A stretch of DNA of 35,087 nt from a virus (Duplodnaviria; Caudoviricetes), in the IMG/VR virus record IMGVR_UViG_3300045240_000070, positions 1 to 35,087 of that record, one strand, 5' to 3'. The stretch's first letter is position 1; each line of letters opens with the position of its first letter. This document shows, in pieces, positions 28,025-35,087 of this stretch. A program made the position numbers and the translations under genes. A model generated the notes under the pieces. The model saw nothing but the letters and a program-made list of their open reading frames with translations, ran no database searches and had not been told where the DNA came from.

Positions 28025-29044
28025 ATGCCCGCTAATATTCCGGAAATGTCAGCCATTAATCATCTTGGCGGGCAGTTCACACACAACGTATTTTCCAATG
28101 TTCAGAAGACCGCAAATGCTGCGAGTAAGAATTTTGCGGCGCAGCATTCTGTACAGGTGAACAGAACCGCTGCTAACCGTGAGAAATTCGCACAGAGTGC
28201 TGTTCAGGGAATCAAACAAGGGCGTACAGCCTACGTCAAGGATCAGGCCACACAGCAGAGAGCTACAACACAGGCAGCAAAAGCTCACGCTGCCGGGGTC
28301 AAGTCTGGTAGAGTGGCACCGGAACAGGGTGCTGCACCCCGTACATTTGCCATGAAGACGCCTCCTCAGGGCAAGGCCGCAGCCAGTATGATGCAACAGC
28401 AGAGAAATTTTGCCCACGGAGAAGCCCTCAAGTTCCAGCAGGCACAGTTCAAAACACAGATGCAGCAGAGAAACAACGCCCATACAGAAGCTCTTAAGGA
28501 AGCCAATCAGAGAGGGAAAGTAATCAAAGGAGAAGTAATAAAGTCTGTTCCCACACCTCAGGTAAAGGCGCAGAAGATATCTCCCACTACTTTCTCCAGT
28601 CAGCTGGCTCCTCAGAAGCCTCTTGCAAGCCCTAGAGGGGCTACTACAGCCACTTTCAGTTCTCCTGAAGGGAAAAGTACGCCCATGACTCCGCCAGGCG
28701 CTCAGAGGGCCGTTACAGGGCCTCAGTTCTCCGATGTGTCCGCCAAGAACAACAGCCCCTTTCCCACACATCAGCACCCAGCCGGTTCTTCCAATCAGAT
28801 TCTTCCCTCACTTACTGCCGATCAGCCCAGAACCAATGAATTCACTGTTGGTTCACGCGCGGCTGTACCAGGAGGAATAGCGGCCAGAGGTTCACAACTG
28901 GAAGCCTGGGCACAGACAAAGTCCATGGCTGTGAAGGCACGACGTGCCAGCCAGCAGGCTGGGGGAAGAGACAGAAGTCTGGCAAATACCGCCAATGAAT
29001 GGGAAGCCGCAGCAAATCAGCCGTTGCATAAATTTTCGGAGTAA
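28025..29044 (+). CDS. Low-complexity Ala/Gln/Lys/Pro-rich protein, probably disordered
   Basis: AGGAG RBS; internal repeat QQRNxAHxEALK twice. Confidence 0.75.
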   Translation: MPANIPEMSAINHLGGQFTHNVFSNVQKTANAASKNFAAQHSVQVNRTAANREKFAQSAVQGIKQGRTAYVKDQATQQRATTQAAKAHAAGVKSGRVAPEQGAAPRTFAMKTPPQGKAAASMMQQQRNFAHGEALKFQQAQFKTQMQQRNNAHTEALKEANQRGKVIKGEVIKSVPTPQVKAQKISPTTFSSQLAPQKPLASPRGATTATFSSPEGKSTPMTPPGAQRAVTGPQFSDVSAKNNSPFPTHQHPAGSSNQILPSLTADQPRTNEFTVGSRAAVPGGIAARGSQLEAWAQTKSMAVKARRASQQAGGRDRSLANTANEWEAAANQPLHKFSE

Positions 29045-29048
29045 TTAA

Positions 29049-30527
29049 TTGAAACTGTACTTCCAAGGTTCACATCTCCCCACATACCGTAACCTCATAA
29101 AGGAAATGGATGTGGGGAGCAGTTCCTTGTCTTATCTAGGATTACGCAATCGTACCAATTTCAACAACCCCTGGAAGATATCCAAGTATTTTCCCGAAGG
29201 ACATTCACTGTTCGTGGATTCCGGGTGCCAGGTTCTCAACACGGCAAAAGAACAGAAGTATACAAATGACGAACTGAGAGAGATAGCGGAGCATTATTAT
29301 GGGTGGGTGGCTGACAATATCGACCAAATCGAACTCTACTCGGAATTTGATGCTCTACAGCTCAGTACTCAATATCTTGAGACACACAGAGAAATACTTA
29401 GAGGGCAGTTATTTGATAAATTCCTTCCTGTATGGCACCCAGGAGGAGAAAAAGATGAAGTGGCAGCTCTGCACGAGTTGGGTGAACGATTCGGAAAGGT
29501 CGGAATTGCTCAGACTACTCTCAACGGAAGAGATCTCGTCCTTGTGCTCAATAGAATGGCATCAAGGGGCATTGCACTTCATGGATTAGCCATGACCAAG
29601 CAGGACATCATGCAAGCAGTGGACTGGACTTCTGTTTCTTCTACTTCCTGGATATCTCCGCAGAAGTACGGTTCCACCTACGTGTGGTCGCACGGACAAC
29701 TGAAAAGCTATTCCAAGGACCAGAAGGAACAGGGACGACGCAAAGAAAGATTTGTCATAGAAGCAGCTGGCTTTGACATGGAAAAGATACTGAGGGAAGA
29801 TTCAAAGGAATTACTCAGACTTTCCCTGTGGTCCTGGTCACAGTTTCTGGACTCAATCAATGCTAAAAAACACAGAGGAGTAACTACAACAGTGTTTACC
29901 CCCACTGATGGTATTTCAGAAAATGAAGGAGACGCAGTTGGTGGTGTTCTTGCACCTATCCAGAACAGAGTACCAACTGCAATACCGCGTGATCCGTCTC
30001 AGAGACGCGTGATTCCCCTTATTGATTTCGATTTCAGTACAGAGAAAAAGCGCAACAAAGCAACAGGTGAACTGGAGGATGTAGAGGTTCCCACAGTAAA
30101 GATCCGCAGTGAATCCATGCGGATCTGCGACACCTGTTTTCTTGCCCAGAAGTGTCCGATGTTCGAACCCAATTCAACCTGCGCTTACGATATTCCCATC
30201 ACCATCCGCACAAAGGACCAGGTTCAGGCACTGATGGATTCCCTTGTGGAAATGCAGGCTCAGCGTGTTATCCTGATGAAAATGGCAGAGGACATGGAGG
30301 GCGGACACGCAGATCCTATTCTTTCCGGTGAGATAGACCGTGTGATGAGACTGCTGAAAGTAAAGCATGACATGGAACAGGAAGGCTTTTCTCTTACTGT
30401 TACAGCCAAGCAGCAAGGGCAGGCAGGAGTTATGGACAGGATATTCGGAGAAATGACAACGGATAAGTTCAGAGAACTTCCTGCGGCTACAACCCCTGAG
30501 GACATAGTAGAAATATATGACGTATAA
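29049..30527 (+). CDS. TGT/DpdA-like TIM-barrel protein with C-terminal 4-Cys cluster
   Basis: LFVDSG, EFD, PVWH, LHGLA, SVSSTSW; CDTC-x4-C-x7-C. Confidence 0.65.
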   Translation: MKLYFQGSHLPTYRNLIKEMDVGSSSLSYLGLRNRTNFNNPWKISKYFPEGHSLFVDSGCQVLNTAKEQKYTNDELREIAEHYYGWVADNIDQIELYSEFDALQLSTQYLETHREILRGQLFDKFLPVWHPGGEKDEVAALHELGERFGKVGIAQTTLNGRDLVLVLNRMASRGIALHGLAMTKQDIMQAVDWTSVSSTSWISPQKYGSTYVWSHGQLKSYSKDQKEQGRRKERFVIEAAGFDMEKILREDSKELLRLSLWSWSQFLDSINAKKHRGVTTTVFTPTDGISENEGDAVGGVLAPIQNRVPTAIPRDPSQRRVIPLIDFDFSTEKKRNKATGELEDVEVPTVKIRSESMRICDTCFLAQKCPMFEPNSTCAYDIPITIRTKDQVQALMDSLVEMQAQRVILMKMAEDMEGGHADPILSGEIDRVMRLLKVKHDMEQEGFSLTVTAKQQGQAGVMDRIFGEMTTDKFRELPAATTPEDIVEIYDV

Positions 30528-30538
30528 CGAGGAGCAAA

Positions 30539-30757
30539 GTGCCCAGCGTAACTATCACGGATGACAAAGGCAAAACCGTGAATTTCAGTGTGACGGATAA
30601 ATCAGATGCGATAAGACAGCTCTCCTCCCGCTTGCTCACTACCGCGTCACGTACCAGTGTGGCCAAGGTTCTGAATGAGTGGTTGACCACCAGTATGAAG
30701 AAAGATCTCAAGTTGCATATACGCTCTGAGACCGTAATTATCAAATACGCCGATTAA
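30539..30757 (+). CDS. Hypothetical protein
   Basis: GAGGAG RBS, GTG start. Confidence 0.7.
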   Translation: MPSVTITDDKGKTVNFSVTDKSDAIRQLSSRLLTTASRTSVAKVLNEWLTTSMKKDLKLHIRSETVIIKYAD

Positions 30758-30774
30758 GGAACAATAGTAACTAC

Positions 30775-30951
30775 ATGACTGAGCAAGTTGAGGAATATGA
30801 CACTGACGAGTTCTTTGAGGACGAGTCAGAGTTTTTGAGACATTACGAGTTTGACGATTTTTTAAAGCCCTGTCCTGGTTGCTTTGGTACCGGACTTGAC
30901 AGAGAACTGGATTCCGATTGTCTAACATGTTGGGGAGAAGGCGTTGTCTGA
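30775..30951 (+). CDS. 58-aa acidic protein with DnaJ-type Zn finger (not in ORF track)
   Basis: CPGCFGTG ... CLTCWGEG (two CxxCxGxG). Confidence 0.75.
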   Translation: MTEQVEEYDTDEFFEDESEFLRHYEFDDFLKPCPGCFGTGLDRELDSDCLTCWGEGVV

Positions 30952-31231
30952 AATTACCAGTGACCAGATTTTCGATTCAATGGTGGACGATCTTCTTTCC
31001 GGAGAAGGTCTGGTGGCGGAATTCGATTCAGGTCTTATTCTGTCTGCCTATGATCTTGACAGAATAGGCATAACAATTGATGAGCCAGGTCACACTGTAG
31101 ATATAGTAATCACCGGAGAACAGCTTGATTATCTCCATCTTTTCCTGGAAGCATTGCATGCGGCAAGACATACGGTAAAAGATATAGACTGGGACGCGGA
31201 ATTCCCTCAGAATCCCGACCAGACTTTCTAG
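30944..31231 (+). CDS. Acidic hypothetical protein
   Basis: GGAG RBS, TTG start. Confidence 0.7.
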   Translation: MSEITSDQIFDSMVDDLLSGEGLVAEFDSGLILSAYDLDRIGITIDEPGHTVDIVITGEQLDYLHLFLEALHAARHTVKDIDWDAEFPQNPDQTF

Positions 31232-31243
31232 CGTAATCAACCA

Positions 31244-31275
31244 AAAACCCCTACCGGAATTCCGGTAGGGGTTTT
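31244..31275. terminator. Bidirectional terminator between convergent genes
   Basis: Perfect 32-bp palindrome AAAACCCCTACCGGAATTCCGGTAGGGGTTTT. Confidence 0.88.
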
Positions 31276-31281
31276 CTATTT

Positions 31282-31536
31282 CTATATAGAACGTTGTGCT
31301 TGCCCAGATTCATTGCTCCAAAGTTTCACATGGTGCCCCTCCATATCCCATGGAGTCTTTTGGAATTGGGTCCACATAAGATTGAACAAGGACAACGTAC
31401 CGATCAACTCTTCTCGCGCTTTACCCTCCGCACTGTATGTTTCAATGAACGCGTCAGGACTGATATGCACATGAGGATCATTCATTACAGTTTGCGCAAC
31501 CGTGATGATTGCGGCATCTCGCGTAATGTCTCGCAT
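31282..31536 (-). CDS. Hypothetical protein
   Basis: GGGAGA RBS; flanked by its own promoter and terminator. Confidence 0.7.
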   Translation of the reverse strand: MRDITRDAAIITVAQTVMNDPHVHISPDAFIETYSAEGKAREELIGTLSLFNLMWTQFQKTPWDMEGHHVKLWSNESGQAQRSI

Positions 31537-31684
31537 GTCTGCTACATCTCCCTATTTCCCCATACAAGGTATAAACCCGACATTCCAGGGCAAATATAAA
31601 ATGGCAGCCCTGGTACCAATCCTGAGTGTGCCAACTGGCCTGACACGTGGCCCTTAGAGCGCAAGCGCTCTGTTTGATGTCCCC

Positions 31685-31713
31685 AACCTATCCAAGTGTT
31701 GGGGACTTGTCAA
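31685..31713 (-). promoter_or_regulatory. sigma70/HrdB-type promoter with overlapping 9-bp IR
   Basis: TTGACA-N17-TAGGTT on the minus strand; GTCCCCAAC/GTTGGGGAC. Confidence 0.8.
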
Positions 31714-31716
31714 CAC

Positions 31717-31854
31717 CTAGAACATAGGCTTCTGTCCTGTCCTCTCCTCATGTGCTGCCTCTTGCTTACTGCGGAAGATCTCAGGTCCCGTAAGTCCGCA
31801 GACAGGGCACCGATAGCTTTCCGTACGAGTTGCACATGTCTTGCAGTGTTCCAT
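31717..31854 (-). CDS. 45-aa Zn-ribbon peptide
   Basis: AAGGGG RBS before ATG 31854; CKTC..CPVC. Confidence 0.6.
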   Translation of the reverse strand: MEHCKTCATRTESYRCPVCGLTGPEIFRSKQEAAHEERTGQKPMF

Positions 31855-31966
31855 ACTTGCCCCTTCTAAGGCTCTGTGCGCCCGTGTGAGCGCCTGAGAC
31901 AGGAGACTAGCACCGTTTCCCCTCCTTGTCTCTGCCAGGCTCTTAGACAGCCTCTGACGTGCAGAG

Positions 31967-31995
31967 TTGACAGTATGAGGGCACCCGCGTACTGT
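31967..31995 (+). promoter_or_regulatory. sigma70/HrdB-type promoter
   Basis: TTGACA-N17-TACTGT. Confidence 0.8.
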
Positions 31996-32038
31996 TCTCC
32001 ATGTCGCCACGAATGGCGCACAGTACGGAGGTAAGGAC

Positions 32039-32389
32039 ATGACGAGTGCCCACGGCAACACTGGCGAGACTGTCAACATGGCTGAGCACGTTATAGACGT
32101 GGCGACAGACAGGGGAATTCCCTTCCGCGTAGTGTACGGTAGGCGTCAGTACAGGGACGGCAGTTACAGCACACAGCCTGTAATCTCCTTCTACGACCGA
32201 CGTTATGCCGGTAACAAGGGATTTGACGCACACGGACAGTTCGTGTCAGACTATGACGTAGAGAGTATGCTAAGGCGTCACAGCGGTTATGCGCTGGATC
32301 TTGACAGCGGCGTACCCAACTGGTCAGTTGACGCGTCCAGCATGGCGCTGGTCAAAACCTGGCTGGTTCACATCTTCCTCGCTCGCTAG
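32039..32389 (+). CDS. Conserved-looking mobile-element hypothetical protein (FYDxRY...GQFVSxY...GVPxW)
   Basis: GGAGGT RBS; motif pattern recalled from phage/plasmid hypotheticals. Confidence 0.75.
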   Translation: MTSAHGNTGETVNMAEHVIDVATDRGIPFRVVYGRRQYRDGSYSTQPVISFYDRRYAGNKGFDAHGQFVSDYDVESMLRRHSGYALDLDSGVPNWSVDASSMALVKTWLVHIFLAR

Positions 32390-32457
32390 ATCTATCCTCC
32401 ACTATCGTCTAGATTCAATATGTTGTCCGGTGCACAGCGCGGAAAGGATTGGCACCA

Positions 32458-32715
32458 ATGCCTACTGCGGAATTGCAGCAGTACATCAATAGCAAGCCCA
32501 GTGGTCTGCCCACGGTATTCCAGGGTGACAACTATTTGGCAGTCACAGAGGAAGTCATGCTAGATCTCATCATGACCGCAGACGTGAGTTTCGTTGTCAG
32601 CGTCATGCTGAAATGGTTCGGTGGGAAGGACTACGCCGATAGGCTCGGCGCCTTTGTGATCACGGAGTACGATGGTCCCGTAGGAACCTGGTATACGTGG
32701 ACTTACCGCGAGTAG
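32458..32715 (+). CDS. Hypothetical protein
   Basis: GAAAGGA RBS. Confidence 0.7.
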   Translation: MPTAELQQYINSKPSGLPTVFQGDNYLAVTEEVMLDLIMTADVSFVVSVMLKWFGGKDYADRLGAFVITEYDGPVGTWYTWTYRE

Positions 32716-32722
32716 AGGGATT

Positions 32723-32753
32723 TAGGGGCTCTCAGGTAATCTGAGGGCTTCTA
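32723..32753 (+). terminator. Intergenic RNA hairpin
   Basis: TAGGGGCTCTCAG-GTAAT-CTGAGGGCTTCTA, 13 bp with G-U pairs. Confidence 0.55.
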
Positions 32754-32791
32754 TGTCTCCCTAATACGGTGGGAGCGGAGAAAGGCAAGTC

Positions 32792-33457
32792 ATGTCGGAT
32801 TTCTATGATCTCACGGTTGTATTCCAGTCTCCCAAGACTGAGAAGATGACTTTTCCCGTGCACCTTTCCCGGATCAAGCAGGTATGGTACAAGGCCATCC
32901 GAAAGGCTGTGCCCACGTACACTCAGGAGATCCCGTACTTTCACACGCTGATCCTGTCACTGGATCAGGACCCTCATAACGCGGAAACCGCTATGTGGGC
33001 CCTGGCAAACGCAGAGTACACCATTGTTTCGGTGGTGGCTACGGATCTGTACGGTTCCGATGAACTGACAGAGGAGTGGCGTGCGGATGTTGCCGATGTC
33101 TCCGCACTGTTCCATGCGATCCACAAGGACACTCCGCGTTATGAGGCGTACATCGCGTACGTTAAGGAATACGATTTCGACCCCAGCATGGGGGAGAACA
33201 GTTGGGGTGACAATCATATCGAGGGAGCTTATGATTCCCTTGAGGATTTCGCGATGGAATATACTTTCGATACTGCCGAAAGTGTGAAAAGGTATAAGGG
33301 AGCCTACGGTTCCTATACTACCGAGGAAGTGTCGGTAATGCAGGCTCTTCCGGATTATGTCTCCATTGATTGGGAGGATACCGCCAATAATCTGGCCGAT
33401 GACTTCCTGTTTGCCGGGCACAACGGAAGCACTCACGTTTTCCGCAGTAACGTCTAG
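32792..33457 (+). CDS. ardA: ArdA-like antirestriction (DNA mimic) protein
   Basis: Highly acidic; GAYDSLEDFAMEY...LPDYVSIDWEDTANNL...HVFR matches the ArdA C-terminal pattern. Confidence 0.8.
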   Translation: MSDFYDLTVVFQSPKTEKMTFPVHLSRIKQVWYKAIRKAVPTYTQEIPYFHTLILSLDQDPHNAETAMWALANAEYTIVSVVATDLYGSDELTEEWRADVADVSALFHAIHKDTPRYEAYIAYVKEYDFDPSMGENSWGDNHIEGAYDSLEDFAMEYTFDTAESVKRYKGAYGSYTTEEVSVMQALPDYVSIDWEDTANNLADDFLFAGHNGSTHVFRSNV

Positions 33458-33464
33458 TCGGGGA

Positions 33465-33508
33465 TTGACAGTTCTAGTCATATCCGATAGAAATATCGGG
33501 TGTGGCTA
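33465..33508 (+). promoter_or_regulatory. Promoter with overlapping GAAA-tetraloop hairpin
   Basis: TTGACA-N17-TAGAAA; 15-bp stem 33475-33489/33494-33508 with 3 G-U pairs. Confidence 0.65.
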
Positions 33509-33548
33509 AAGCTGGCAATAGGCTGGCAGTAATGAGAAAGGCACAACA

Positions 33549-33791
33549 ATGCAGGAATACCGGAACCAGTCTCCCGCTGATATCCGCTACGGTGACAAGG
33601 TAGTGGACGCTCTTGGGAGGGAATTCTGGGCACATTCGGACGCTACGGTTCTCGGCGGGGATTATGAGGTGATGGGTGCCCTTGTCTCCAGTCCTGACGA
33701 TTACCGGTATTTCACACTGGACAAGGATTCTCTCGTCACCATTTCCTTTGTCCTCGAACAGGAATATTTCACACTGGACGATCAGGCGTAA
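33549..33791 (+). CDS. Hypothetical protein
   Basis: GAAAGG RBS; acidic. Confidence 0.75.
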   Translation: MQEYRNQSPADIRYGDKVVDALGREFWAHSDATVLGGDYEVMGALVSSPDDYRYFTLDKDSLVTISFVLEQEYFTLDDQA

Positions 33792-33812
33792 CGTTTAAAA
33801 CTTCACAGAATT

Positions 33813-33858
33813 AAAAGGCTATACCTCTTATTCACTAGAATAAGAGGTATAGCCTTTT
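33813..33858 (+). terminator. Intrinsic terminator
   Basis: 21-bp perfect stem AAAAGGCTATACCTCTTATTC/GAATAAGAGGTATAGCCTTTT. Confidence 0.88.
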
Positions 33859-33880
33859 TCTATTTCCAGGAGTATTCCAT

Positions 33881-34078
33881 ATGAACAGCCAAGATCCCAA
33901 AAGTCTGTGGGACAGAAATACCTGTCTTAGTGCGGCTCTCTCCGCGTTACTGGCAACGGCCGTAGCTCTGGCTGTGTGCGCCTTTCGCGGAGAGAGTGTG
34001 GCTCTGGGTCAACAGGTCCCTGTTCGCGTCTCACAGAGCCGTACAGCGCCCTTCTCAGCCGTGAACGGAGGTGAGTAA
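33881..34078 (+). CDS. Possible small membrane protein overlapping a structured GC-rich region
   Basis: AGGAG RBS; one hydrophobic segment. Confidence 0.5.
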   Translation: MNSQDPKSLWDRNTCLSAALSALLATAVALAVCAFRGESVALGQQVPVRVSQSRTAPFSAVNGGE

Positions 34079-34080
34079 GA

Positions 34081-34242
34081 GTGCCATACGAAATCCGTAA
34101 GGTCAAAGGCGGTTACAAAGCCGCCCATAAAGGGACGGACAAGACTTTCAGCAAGCACCCGCAGAGCAAGGAGACTGCGCGCAGACAGATTCAGGCCATA
34201 GCCATACATACACACGAGTTCAGCCATGGAGCGGGCCGTTAA
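34081..34242 (+). CDS. 53-aa basic phage protein (not in ORF track)
   Basis: GGAGGTG RBS; MPYEIRKVKGGYK...SKHPQSKETARRQIQAI, a pattern recalled from small phage proteins. Confidence 0.75.
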   Translation: MPYEIRKVKGGYKAAHKGTDKTFSKHPQSKETARRQIQAIAIHTHEFSHGAGR

Positions 34243-34387
34243 GGGGTCTGTGTGCCTCTGTGAGCCCCTTTCAGCCCTCAGGTGACCTAGGAGACCAGTA
34301 CGCTAAACGATCTTCTCAGAAGGCCACACAGCCCTTCTTTGTACCTGCTACAAAGTTCTGATGTGTTCATGCCAAATCAAGTACAAA

Positions 34388-34432
34388 CAAAAAAGCCCCC
34401 GCACTCCCATTGCTGAGAATACGGGGGCTTTT
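34388..34432 (-). terminator. Terminator for the minus-strand genes (possibly bidirectional)
   Basis: AAAAGCCCCCG/CGGGGGCTTTT with an A tract on the left. Confidence 0.75.
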
Positions 34433-34439
34433 CTCTGCT

Positions 34440-34529
34440 CTAGAAAAACTCGTCATCATCGTTGTCCAGAAATACTATGAGGACTGCCACAACGAGGATG
34501 ACGCTTACGTAGGCCACTGCTACCCACAT
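34440..34529 (-). CDS. 29-aa single-TM peptide (not in ORF track)
   Basis: AGGAG RBS; MWVAVAYVSVILVVAVLIVFLDNDDDEFF. Confidence 0.6.
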   Translation of the reverse strand: MWVAVAYVSVILVVAVLIVFLDNDDDEFF

Positions 34530-34538
34530 GGGAAACTC

Positions 34539-34736
34539 CTATTCACGGAAGAGAATTTTGCCGTTCTTTTCACAGATGTTACTTGCGCTCTTGTCCACCG
34601 AACCATGGGCCATATGAACGCAGTCGTAATGAAATTGATTGTCCAGCGTGATGGGAATTAATACAAACCCGTAAATCACCGTAATGATTAACATCCCGAT
34701 TGCCGCACCCAAGCAGAACAAGTTCAGTCTACTCAT
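34539..34736 (-). CDS. Small membrane-anchored protein
   Basis: GAGGTGAGG RBS; N-terminal TM; two Cys in the soluble part. Confidence 0.7.
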   Translation of the reverse strand: MSRLNLFCLGAAIGMLIITVIYGFVLIPITLDNQFHYDCVHMAHGSVDKSASNICEKNGKILFRE

Positions 34737-34740
34737 TTCC

Positions 34741-35035
<295 letters not shown>

Positions 35036-35087
35036 TTTTAGAGGAGATTGAGTGATAAGCAGAGTGTTTGGAGTGGAGCATAAAGAA

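Noticed and set aside
31294-31599. Plus-strand 101-aa ORF
   Set aside because: Lies just after a strong terminator with no RBS; the overlapping minus-strand ORF has promoter, RBS and terminator support

Overview
A 35 kb segment of a large, probably lytic, tailed dsDNA phage of Actinobacteria. A Streptomyces-like host is suggested by WhiB, Streptomyces-type NlpC/P60 and Rpf proteins and TTGACR-N17-TAGRRT promoters, although GC looks only about 50% by eye. Almost all genes to 31.2 kb are on the + strand. The first block (0.3-19.9 kb) covers replication, recombination and nucleotide metabolism: SNF2 helicase, MerR-type HTH, gp32-like SSB, PolA, class II RNR, RecA, Rnl2 RNA ligase, Hjc-type and RuvC-type resolvases, WhiB, solo Cas4-like nuclease, ThyX and a SLOG protein. 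Next come SpoVS, an HNH endonuclease, DUF1003 and low-complexity genes, a self-contained operon of two secreted wall hydrolases (NlpC/P60 + Rpf-LysM), a holin/GH25 lysis region, and a nucleotidyltransferase / degenerate HAD / TGT(DpdA)-like cluster. An early-type region with divergent strong promoters, ArdA and small unknown genes follows. The window ends in a 58-nt T run that is probably an artefact. Top leads: (1) the secreted Rpf + NlpC/P60 operon as a possible dormancy-breaking module, alongside WhiB and SpoVS; (2) a recurrent promoter-overlapping-hairpin architecture; (3) a 28-bp palindrome masking the HNH RBS; (4) the NTase/pseudo-HAD/TGT-like cluster. All family calls are from motif recognition by eye, with no database searches.
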